From: Octopus bimaculoides
Taxonomy: Eukaryota
DNA: 64,000 nt
Direction: 5' to 3'
NCBI RefSeq assembly: GCF_001194135.2
Contig: NC_068999.1
Coordinates: 22,320,169 to 22,384,168 of the forward strand
The notes below the pieces were generated by a model that was given only the letters and a program-made list of their open reading frames with translations, was not told the DNA's origin and ran no database searches. Positions 42,260 through 53,470 of this stretch are shown here, piece after piece. Every line of letters starts with the position of its first letter. Within the stretch, counting starts at the first letter, position 1. A program made the translations under genes and the position numbers.

Positions 42260-42875
42260 ATTCTTTCTTATATAGGTACGACGCATGAAAATTTGGTAGA
42301 AGAGAGTAGTTGATTACATCGGCTCCAGTGTTCCACTGCTGCTTATTTTATCAACCGTAAAAGGATGAAAGGCAAATTCTTCCTCGGTGAAATCTGAACT
42401 CAGAACTTAAAACGAGAAGAAATGCTGCTAAGCTTTTTGTCCGACGCACTTATGATTCTGCCAGTTCATCACCTTAATAATAATCCTTTCTACGATATGC
42501 ACAAGGCCTGAAGTTTTGGGGAAGTGGAGGTAGTCAATTACATCGACCTCAGTGTTGGACTGGTACATATTTTATTACCCCCAAAAGAAAGGCAAAGTCG
42601 ACTTGGCGACATTTGAACTCAGTGTGTGAAGTCGGAAGAAATGCCTCTAAGTATTTTGTCTGGCATGCTAGCGATTCTGTCAGCTAGTGCCTTAATAATA
42701 ATAATAATAATTATTATTATTATTATTATTATTTCAAATTTTTTGCCATAAGGGCAGCTTGGGAGAGATGGGGATGAGTCGATTACATCGACCCCAGTGT
42801 TCAACTGGTACTTGTTTTATCGACGCCGAAAGGATGAAAGACAAAGTCGACTTCGGCAGAATTTGAACTCCTAAT
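42260..42875 (-). mobile_element. Head-to-tail stack of three SINE family C copies separated by (TAA)/(TTA) tracts, CpG largely retained
   Basis: Copies at about 42260-42474, 42476-42693 and 42733-42872, each with the aaggatgaaaggcaaagtcgac...tttgaactc core. Confidence 0.75.
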
Positions 42876-42929
42876 AATAATGATAATAAGGATTTCAAAT
42901 TTTGACACATAAAAAAAGTGCAGACTAGA

Positions 42930-45900
42930 AACAAATTATACTGTATCATCCATTATGTAGGTCATCAAGGGAGGTTTCCCTCAGGGAGGAACCAGCCTGA
43001 GGTTGAAAAGTTGACAGTTGGAACAAACTCCTCTGAAAATGATCTTGAGGGAAATTAGAACTGAGAAATCAACTCTGACACCTTAAGACAAACACCAAAT
43101 AAAACAAATGTCAAAAGGACCACTAAGATAGATAGGTGAGAGAGGAGTATGAACAAGTCATGACAGCATTCTACACAGCACTGAACCAACCAGGAGGTAA
43201 TAAAACTAAGTTGTGTCTCAAAATCTGGAGATACAAACAAACAAATTAGCCAATGTACGCATTGACATCATGCGTAATAACCATCTAACACCAACAGAAT
43301 TAGAGACAAACAAAAATAATGTCACTATCATCCCAGAAAATCTGGCTGAAGCACATGATACAGACACTGGGAATAATGAACAGGAAAAAATTACTCAACC
43401 TATTGATTGAAACACCCATGAACATGATATTGATGTAGGCAACTTGGAGCCTGAAGTAGTAGATGGCCAAGCTGGAACTGAGGTAACAGAAAGTAGGAAT
43501 GAACCTGACACTGCAATGGCTAGCACATTTGTTGAAGCCAATTGAGAGGAAATACTCAAGGAAAAAGATGATATCTACAGAGAGTTAGGCATTTCTAAGT
43601 GTTTAGAAATGAATGAGAGAGGTCAATTACCAAAGTTTCAGAACACCAAATCAATTCACTGTACAGTCAAAGAAGCAGCTTCTCTTTGAAACTGAGACAA
43701 ATCTAACTTCATCAAACTATCTTATATAATCAACATCTGTTGCTGCTACAAAGAAAATAAATGTCAAAATAAAGAAGAAAACAAAATGGCTTCCAAAAAT
43801 GCATGCAAACAGCCATGGTGGAAAAAGCACATAAATAAGGAAATTGAGAACTTCCAATGGGAATTATTGTTTTTAGGTGAACTCTCCAAAGGAAATAATG
43901 TAAAAATGAGAATGACTAGAAAGATTAAAGTTCTGAGATGAAAGGAGATGGTTAGGCAAAAAGTTCAGGTTAAGGCCCAAACTTATGCAAATATGAAGAG
44001 AGAAACAAATTTTACAGATAAAATAAGATATTTAAAACTGATGCTAAGGAATTCTGCAGAGAGTTAGGGAAATAGTCATTTGAAATAAAAGACCCAACTG
44101 ATATGAAAGAAGTACTGACATTTTGGAAAAGCATATGGAGTGATAGAAAGGAATTTAACAAAGAAGCTGAATGGGTAGGGAGAGAAGAAGAAGAAAGAAT
44201 GACTGAGATTGAAGAACAAGAATGGGAGGATATTACAATGCAGGAACTAACTCAAGCTCTATCTAAAACTCATAAATGGCAGTTTCCTGTACATGATAAA
44301 ATCCCAAACTTCTGGCCTCTCATCATCACATTACAAGTTAATGGATGTTTCTCTGATATCATCAGAAACACCCAAATGACTAAACTGGCTCCCATTAAGA
44401 GTAACATACCTTCTCCCTAAAATAAGTGACATAAACAACCAAAAAAACTACAAGCTGAATATTTGTTTGACTACTATGTATAAAATAGTTACATCATCCT
44501 CACTGAAAGGATGTACCAATTTCTCGATCAAAACATCCTTTCTCTTGAAGAAAATGGGTGCAAAGGAAACTCATATAGTTGCAAACACCAGCTATTAATA
44601 AATCATATGATACTTGAAAATTGCTCATCAAAAAAAATGAAATCTTGGCACAGCATGGATTGACTATCCGTAAGGTGTTTGATAGTGTCCCACATAGCTG
44701 GATCGTAAAGGGTCTAAATGTATAAAAGATTTTCTGCAACATAGTAATGGAAACTATGGAATGCAAAATTTTTTCTCAACAACAAGACTGCTTGAATGCA
44801 TCAGAGAAAATCAAAATAGATCATGGAATCTTGCAGAGTAATTCACTCTCCCCTCTTCTGTCTTTCCCTCATTCTCTTGTCCCACAAGTTGAATAAAACA
44901 AGTTATGGGCACAAAATACTTGATATGATCATCTCATACTTGTTCTGCATGACTGATCAGAAATTATATGCAAATATGTAAGGATCTGAAAGGATTACTG
45001 GTAACTGAAAAAAATTCAGTGATAACATCAATATGGAGTTTGGACTAAATAAATGAGCAAAATCTACATTCAAATGTAATAAATTGACAACTAATACCTT
45101 GACCCAACTTGATAATGATACAACTATCAAGGATCTGAATCAGAAGGATTTTATTAGTATCTAGGGGTAAAGGAAAGGGATTCAATACTGGTCAATGAAA
45201 GAGAAGATCAGGAAAGACTATTATAAATGTGTCAGAATGGTCCTGAATACTGAGCTGAACTGCCAGGATAGAATTGCAGCTATAAACTCTCTGGCAGTAC
45301 TAGTTGTCCAGTATAGGCTTAATGTCATCAATTCAAATTTGAGTGAACTCCCAAAGTATGGACTTGAAAATCAGTAAACTACTGACATTAAACAGGATGC
45401 ATCACACAAAATCAGGTGTCCATAGGCTCTATATCCAATGAAATGACTGTAGAAGCCTACTCCAACTTGAAACATCCTATAAAATGACTATGATAGGACT
45501 CCAAATGTATATCCAAAGTAACCTTAACTGGATGATACAGCTGGTAAGACAACATCAACAGGGTGAGAAATTGCATCCAATCTCAAAGGAGGCTTTTAGA
45601 TACAGACAAGAGCTTAACCTCCCTNNNNNNNNNNNNNNNNNNNNNNNNNNNNNNNNNNNNNNNNNNNNNNNNNNNNNNNNNNNNNNNNNNNNNNNNNNNN
45701 NNNNNNNNNNNNNNNNNNNNNNNNNNNNNNNNNNNNNNNNNNNNNNNNNNNNNNNNNNNNNNNNNNNNNNAATGTTGATATTGTGGCAAGAAAAACCATC
45801 GTGTACCCCAAATGAGCTAGGGAAGCTGATGTAGATATGAGAAGAACCTGTCATTGGCTGCAGAACACTGGTTTGAAAACCAAAACAGAAGGATTTATCC

Positions 45901-46430
45901 TAGCGACACAAGGTCAGAGTCTCCTGACTCAGAACTTTCAAGCTAATGTCATGCACAAAGCTGTAAACACAAAGTGTAGACTCTGCAATGACAAACTTGA
46001 GAGTATTGACCACATTGTTACCAGCTGCTCAGTTCTTGCACCAACAGAATATAAAACCAGTATGATCAAGCTGGCTAATACTTGCACTGAAACATATGCT
46101 GTCACATTGATATCCAATAGCCTAAGAACTGATATGAACATATTCAGAGCCAGTCACTGAGAGAGAGAATGCTACCATCCTATGGGAAACATACAAACAG
46201 GCAAATAAATGAAAACAGGCCAGACATTGCTGTGAAAATAACATCCATTCATGAATTTATTTGTTTATTAATTTTTTTGCATACATATTTTACCTGTGAA
46301 TTTGCGTGTGTAAACTGGGAATGCATACGAGTTTCTCTGCCCTAGGTGTACGGAAAACACTCGGCGTGAAATGGAAGAAAATTTGAAGAAAGAAGAAAAA
46401 AATACATAATAATAATGATAATAAACAAAT
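42930..46430 (+). mobile_element. Near full-length degenerate R4/Dong-clade non-LTR retrotransposon (RT + CCHC + restriction-like endonuclease remnant)
   Basis: HDKIPNFW; GNSYSCKHQLLINHMILEN; AWIDY.KVFDSVPHSWI; GILQSNSLSP; RIAAINSLAV; TEGFILATQGQ; zinc knuckle KCRLCNDKLESIDHIVTSC; ENRPDI at ~46210; 3' end followed by a TAA-rich tract at ~46405-46425. Frames broken; gap at 45625-45770. Confidence 0.75.
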
Positions 46431-46702
46431 CTCAAGACAATGCTCCAGCATGGCTGCAGTGAAATGACCAAAACAAGTAAAAGAATAAATGTTTAAAGGA
46501 GATTGGAATAGAATATTGTAGAGCTTCTACAGAAAGTTTGGCTCTTAGGGATAGGAAAGATTATCAGGAGGGTTCTAAACACTTGAAAGACTATTGAAAG
46601 CTTGTGAATACTTAACGTTACAGGTAGAAACCTGCTCCCCGCATAAATTCTACCAGAAATAAGAATGAGCCTGAGTTAAATCAACAATAACAACAACAAC
46701 AA

Positions 46703-46758
<56 letters not shown>

Positions 46759-47660
46759 TAGTTTTATTTTTATAGCGTGCTTTCACTTCACTACCGAGCG
46801 CAGCTCTGTGTGCCTTGGGTATGTGCTGTGGTTTGCTGTGATGCTCTTATGGTTACTGTATTGAAAGTGTTTTACATAGGATGTGTGCAGTGCCCAGTAG
46901 TGCAATTTTCTGTATGTTATATATNNNNNNNNNNNNNNNNNNNNNNNNNNNNNNNNNNNNNNNNNNNNNNNNNNNNNNNNNNNNNNNNNNNNNNNNNNNN
47001 NNNNNNNNNNNNNNNNNNNNNNNNNNNNNNNNNNNNNNNNNNNNNNNNNNNNNNNNNNNNNNNNNNNNNNNNNNNNNNNNNNNNNNNNNNNNNNNNNNNN
47101 NNNNNNNNNNNNNNNNNNNNNNNNNNNNNNNNNNNNNNNNNNNNNNNNNNNNNNNNNNNNNNNNNNNNNNNNNNNNNNNNNNNNNNNNNNNNNNNNNNNN
47201 NNNNNNNNNNNNNNNNNNNNNNNNNNNNNNNNNNNNNNNNNNNNNNNNNNNNNNNNNNNNNNNNNNNNNNNNNNNNNNNNNNNNNNNNNNNNNNNNNNNN
47301 NNNNNNNNNNNNNNNNNNNNNNNNNNNNNNNNNNNNNNNNNNNNNNNNNNNNNNNNNNNNNNNNNNNNNNNNNNNNNNNNNNNNNNNNNNNNNNNNNNNN
47401 NNNNNNNNNNNNNNNNNNNNNNNNNNNNNNNNNNNNNNNNNNNNNNNNNNNNNNNNNNNNNNNNNNNNNNNNNNNNNNNNNNNNNNNNNNNNNNNNNNNN
47501 NNNNNNNNNNNNNNNNNNNNNNNNNNNNNNNNNNNNNNNNNNNNNNNNNNNNNNNNNNNNNNNNNNNNNNNNNNNNNNNNNNNNNNNNNNNNNNNNNNNN
47601 NNNNNNNNNNNNNNNNNNNNNNNNNNNNNNNNNNNNNNNNNNNNNNNNNTATTATTATTA

Positions 47661-47875
47661 AGGCAGCAAGCTGGCAGAATCATTAGCATGTTGGACAAAA
47701 TGCTTAGTGTATTTTGCTCATTACTACATTTTGAGTTCAAATTCTACCAAGGTTGACTTGGTCTTTCACCCTTTCAGGGTTGATAAATTAAGTACCAGTT
47801 GTGTACTGAGGTCGATCTAATTGACCGGCTCCCTCCCTCAAAATTTCAGGCCTTGTGCCTATAGTAGAAAGGATT
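47661..47875 (+). mobile_element. SINE family C copy embedded in (ATT)n
   Basis: attattatta|aggcagcaagctggcag ... gtagaaagg|attattatt. Confidence 0.8.
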
Positions 47876-47885
47876 ATTATTATTA

Positions 47886-47938
<53 letters not shown>

Positions 47939-48763
47939 TCTGCCTCAACAAAGGCGAAGGTATTGTTTTCAGTTGTGTTTGTTTGCTTCTTTGTCTGTTG
48001 ACAAGATATCTCAAGAACTGCTGGTTGGATTTGGATGAAATTTTCAGGGGTGTGTGGCCTCGTGACTGGCACAAACTGATTAGATTTTGGGATTGATCTG
48101 ATACCGGACAAGGATTCTGGATTATTTGTTATATTTACTTTACTTTACATGAAGTATTACAATCTTACATTCACTTTCAAGTCTTTCTCTGATTATCTCC
48201 CTTGAAAGCACACTCATAGTTTCCACATAAGTTATGGTGGCGTTACTGTTTCCAAACTTCATTCCTATATCTCATGAGAATGTTATAACTAGTTCTAATT
48301 ATTTCTTGATGTTGATCATATTACCAGAATATAACTTTAGGTCATCAGCAAAAAATGTGTGGGTGACATTAAGTTTATTCTTTTCTATATATCCTAGCAT
48401 GTAGCCTTGGCATTTTGTTAACAGGACTGACAAAGGATTCAGTGTAAGTACAAATACGTGTGTGTGTGTATGCATGTATGCACATGTTTTTTTTTCTGTT
48501 TTTAATTATTTAAACTCTTCCTTTGAGGACGGAAGTGGTTTCTAACAAAAACACAAAGTTCCATTATTGGAATGTAATTAGCAAAAACAATGTCACATTT
48601 TAAACTTGAGATAGGTCTTGCAAATGTTTATTGTTCCACTTACAGATTGTATTTGTAATGTGTGAGTCAGTTGGTTGTTTTCATTTTTTTGAAAATCCAA
48701 GCTTATCTGGACTTAGTTCAAGTGCACCAATTATCATTGGTATGAATATAAATTTGTAATCCT

Positions 48764-48764
<1 letters not shown>

Positions 48765-48794
<30 letters not shown>

Positions 48795-48910
48795 GCCTGC
48801 CTGTCTGTCTGTCTGCCTGCCTGCCTGCCTGCCTGTCTGCCTGCTTGCCTGTCTGTCTGTCTGCCTATCTGTCTGTCTGTCTGTATGTATGTATGTATGT
48901 ATGTATGTGT
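48765..48910. repeat. Compound tetranucleotide microsatellite (TCTG)n/(CCTG)n/(TATG)n
   Basis: Direct reading. Confidence 0.95.
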
Positions 48911-48935
48911 GCATGTAAGCATGTGTGCATCCAAC

Positions 48936-49018
48936 AAATTGGAACCTGACAGATGACTAACTATAGCACTTACTCATATATATATACATGTGTGTATATA
49001 TATATATATAAATGTATG

Positions 49019-49057
<39 letters not shown>

Positions 49058-51170
49058 AGAAAGTTAGTTCACTTGTGATCTAAACAAATAGGTATACTGA
49101 TTAAGTGCTATAGTTAGTCATCCGTTAGGTTCTAATTTCACATCTGAGGCTGGATCTAGGGATCCATATTAGGGTTCTGTTATAGCAGGTATATATTATA
49201 TTAGAGGAAAAAGCAAAACCAAGGCAGAACAAGTATCTCAAGTCATTTAGAATAAATTAATTAGGGTAAGGTGAATTTGAAGTCTTACAGCCATTTCTGG
49301 GATAATCCAAAGGGTAGGTTAGCATGTCCATTTACTGGGTATTCTGTCATCAGGGACAAGGTATGAATATTTTAGACAGGGAAAATTTACAGTTTACAAG
49401 GAATAAAATATATTCACAGGTTATAAAGAATAAAATAGAAGAATAATGGAGTAAATGGAAGAATAAAGAGTAAGGTAGAATACAGGTGGGAGAGGATTTG
49501 GATGTTGGTCAGTACTTCCATGAAGGTATAGGTCCTTAGTTAAAATTCCAGGTAAATTCAGGTGGTATTTTGGCAAGATTAAAAGGAATCAAAAGAAAGA
49601 GGAAATAATGAGAAAATAAAAAAATAAAGAGTAGTGAGGTATATTGTAATATTGTTAAAAATTAACAAGAGTAAATATATAGTTTTAGACTAGGTTATCT
49701 TATGCATACTTTTACCTCTGTGATATCCTATTAAAAATCCTTACTTGGGAAGTACTTAAATACTTTCTTTAAAAAAATGCATGTATCACAGAGCTAATTC
49801 GTTTTTTATGATTTAATAGCCTCTAATTAGAGATAAAGATATAGTATATTTCTTCCAAGCATAAAATTACACTTTGATTTTCCAATAGTATATGGTTAAA
49901 CTCTACTAATTATTGCCCTTTTAATATCATATTTAGTGTTCTTATCCTTTAAAAACCAGGTGAACCCACTCAAACTTGTACAATTCATTTTATCTCTATC
50001 TTTGAATAAAGAAAGGTGGTTTTGCAATCTTTTCTTAAGGTCTGTTGAACATGATCCTATATAATAATTGGAAATACCATCAGCTGTTACTGTACATCCA
50101 TAAACTATGTTTTTTCTGAGGCATTATTCTTCAAGCAGAGATAATTTGTTCCCACAGTTTCAATGTTACTTATTTATATTAACCCTTGTTACTGGCAGAA
50201 ATATTAGGTACTTCATCTATACTATTACTTAATACCCTATGAGTAGTATTAGTTTTGCTCTATGTTAAGTTGGATGTGTTATATTATCCACTTAGTTCAA
50301 TTAATTCAAACGTGTAGCTTGGGTCCAGTTATTTCCCTTACATTCCTATTGTTAACCAGACATTATCTCCCGAGAGTCTTTCAAATTACGGCATAGTTAT
50401 TATTACTATCTATATTAGTTTTATTACCTGTGTTTATTAGGTTCCTATTAGCAAATTCTCTAATCCTCCTTATCTTGTGTGCTGCAATAATTTGTGTTAA
50501 GTCTCTACTTGTCGAAAAGGCAAAACTAATCCTGTGCTGATTAAAAATTCTAGCTGTACTTGCTAGATGGTAGAAATGTTCTTATCTAATGCAGCGAAAA
50601 ATTTTGCCAGTATGTTTGTGATTATCTGCTTTATACCATGATATATGTCTAGATTTAGCTTTTCTTTTAGGGAAGTGGATACTCTTTTTGTCAATAGTTC
50701 TATTTTTATGTCTATTATATGTTTTCCGCAAAGATATATTACTATGTTTATTATGGGGTTTACTTAAAATTACATCATTATCCTCTATGCAGCTATTCTT
50801 ATTAACGTGATTTTTGGCATGGTCAGTGGAAATCACATTATTTTTCTCAAGGTTTTTTGTTTTACATTCAATTTTTGTATTAACTATTTGATTCAAAACA
50901 TAAACCTTATTCATATATTCTTTGATTTCATTTTTAGGGATACAGAATATTTTATCTTTGTATCCTGCTTCAGCTAGGGTATTATTATAATACCTTTCAT
51001 TATTCCTGAAAATCCCTTCATTAGTAGATAATCTACATATACAAAGAAAAATATTTTTAATGATAGAATCAGTAATATTTTTAGGATGATTCGAGCTTTT
51101 ACATATATGTTCAAGGTTATCATTGGGTTTGTAGTACGGTTGGCATTCTCCTGTACCCAAATCCATATTG
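48936..51170 (-). mobile_element. 5'-truncated Penelope-like element (RT thumb/linker, GIY-YIG endonuclease, 3' region with inverted terminal fragment)
   Basis: DLGTGECQPYYKPND...SSNHPKNI...RLSTNEGIF...YYNNTLAEAGYK (PLE thumb). GIY-YIG NIVYGCTVTADGISNYYIGSCSTDLKKRLQNH at ~50020-50115. 37-bp inverted repeat at 48936-48972 / 49102-49138 (34/37). Confidence 0.8.
49282..49357 (-). ncRNA. Decayed type-I hammerhead ribozyme in the Penelope-like 3' region
   Basis: Minus strand reads GTCC-CTGATGA-(stem II A[G/A]ATA...TATCC with long loop)-GAAA-TGGCTG-TA-AGAC. Reversing two CpG transitions gives GAAACGGCCGTA with palindromic stem III (ACGGCCGT) and a GUA cleavage triplet. Confidence 0.6.
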
Positions 51171-52084
51171 GATGACCTCAGGACACTGAATCTTTCAGAC
51201 AAGATGACAAAGGACTGAGATACCTGGCACCTTGCTGTACTCAAGCAGACCTGTGCTCCACAGCAGGAGTGTTAAGGTCACTTCTATTGGTGAAGAGGAT
51301 TGGCCTGCAAGAGTCCTATGCTGGTGTCATGAAAGCACTCATGTCACATTGCTACAGTAGATATAAAATATCGAATGCAAAAAACATTAGTGATTATTCA
51401 TTTAGTTTTTACTCTTAGAATCACATCATTTAGTCCAGGTCATCTACTTGAAAGAGTTGTTTTCCTTGCACTCTATAACGCCTGACCCTTTATCCCGAAT
51501 GAGTTATCTTTTATGAATAATGAGCCGTTAAAACATACCAACTCTGCTTTCTCTAATATACATACATTTTAATTTACTACAAATTTATTTGTGTGGTTGA
51601 AAGTACACTTTTCAGCTAACAAAATCAACTTATGATAAGTGTCCTTCTCCCAGCCTTAAGTGGTGAACTAATTGACTTGATTACAACTCCTGCAGGTACT
51701 ATTTCCTATATGAAAATTAAACTAGAGATATTAAAATGTATATCCAGTTTTTACCAAAAGCGTTTACATCAACTTTCCAGTCACACAATTGAAGTTTGCC
51801 TTCATCACATTCCTTGATATTAGTGATTTTGATCTTGTCTAACTGAATAATTTAGCTTTTCTATGACAATGTATTGCCACTTCACACTATTGTTACTACA
51901 AGCTGATTCCTTAATTTAATATTCTGACTTCATCAGACAAATCATAATCTGAAGCATCATACCAGACTCTTTTCTAACATTATCATTTCTGATTTGCATT
52001 AATAACACCTTCTGTACATTTGAAAATCCCAAATTTATTATTTCCCATCATCTATCCGTCTGTCTGTCCATTTGTAATCCATCC

Positions 52085-53230
52085 ATCGATTCACAAAATA
52101 CCAAGTGTTGCTCAAGCAACAAATGACTTAGCTGTGGTTAATTTGTGGAAAAAGAATCATATTATTTGAAACTCAATGTTAATATTCAGTGTGAAAGACA
52201 TACAACTGAAAAATCAAGATTTTTACTTCTGCCTAAATATAGGCAAACTATTTTTATTGAAGGGCTTAATGATAACAATGTTCTGAATCTTTCCACCTAG
52301 AACATTGGCAGAAGCTTGTTCAGACTTTCAAATCATATAATTCTCCTTGAATAAACCAGGTTTCATCTAACTGTATGGAGCATCTTCACTGTTTAACCTT
52401 GGGAACTAATGACATATATTGTAAAGCTTTGGCTTACTGGAATTGAAATTTCTTGAAAAATGGCATTTGTCAGTAGGAATAAGGATTCTCAGAATCAGAA
52501 CATCCCTTTTGCCATATTCAAAAAATATTTTATATCAATGATATGGTATATGAGAATCTTAACAGCCAGATTTGTTCTATTGCATAGGCCTGGAAGATCC
52601 AGGGTGTGAAAGAGAATAATGGGTGCTTATACTTTAAGATCAAGACATTGTGATATACAATGGATTTAGAAATTCCACTGAATCAAGATGGTCACTTAAG
52701 GTGAATCAAGAAGTGTATTTATTGAATTGTAGCTCTGGTACTTTCCAGGCAGCAGTGGTCCTTACCAGGTAGTAGTGGTCCTTACCAGCTAGCACTAGTT
52801 CTTACCTGGGTGCAGTGGTTCTTACCATGTAGACTACTACAAAAGCTGTGTTGATGGCATCAAAAGCATTGTTCTTTGAAATATACTGTGCTTCGTCACA
52901 GCCATCTGCAATTCTATTAACTTTTTATAAGGTGTGGGAAGACTATTTCTTTCAGTTCAACAACAAATGATGCTATTACATTGCTTGTCCCATGGAATTC
53001 TTTCTTGTGCATCTTGTTTGACATTGCTATTACCTTGTTTCAGTAACTTTGTTTGCAAATTACCCAGATGATTGATTTCTATCACAAGCGATGGGTTCTC
53101 ATGTTGGTAGATATGTATAATTTTCTTCAATTTCTTCAGATACTTCAAGACTTTCTGTGGCTATTTTTCGAAGTATTCCAGAGACTTTATGAGTTAATAA
53201 GCCTCCATCAATAGTAGTAGTTCAGCCAAA
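52085..53230 (-). mobile_element. Helitron relic (PIF1-like helicase C-terminus and decayed 3' hairpin end)
   Basis: Broken frames give VEFLNPL, LILK..PIILFHTLDLPGLCNRTNLAV, VLILRILIPTD and FPVSQSFTI...SQG*TVK. These parallel the canonical VEFLNSL, PKLCNGTRL, IPRIPIIP and FPV..FAMTINKSQGQT. CpG-decayed cttgagcaacacttgg end motif at ~52095-52115. Confidence 0.7.
52731..52830. repeat. Tandem minisatellite, five 20-bp units
   Basis: agctctggtactttccaggc / agcagtggtccttaccaggt / agtagtggtccttaccagct / agcactagttcttacctggg / tgcagtggttcttaccatgt. Confidence 0.85.
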
Positions 53231-53470
53231 TAAGTGATTGGACAGAAGAAAACAAAACACCAAAAATTTTACAATTCAAAAAGAAGAAATGTTTGAAATA
53301 TCAAAAATACATTTTTATTAAAAATATGAATCACAAGCAGTATTTTTCTTATAATATTTCATTAATTATAGATATATTTTATATTTATGCAAATATGATT
53401 TAGCTGCATTAGGTAACTACTTTTATATGAGGTAAATAAATGGTATTACCTATTAAATACTCTGTAATAA

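Noticed and set aside
52731-52830. CRISPR-like array
   Set aside because: Contiguous degenerate 20-bp units with no spacers, in a eukaryotic context.
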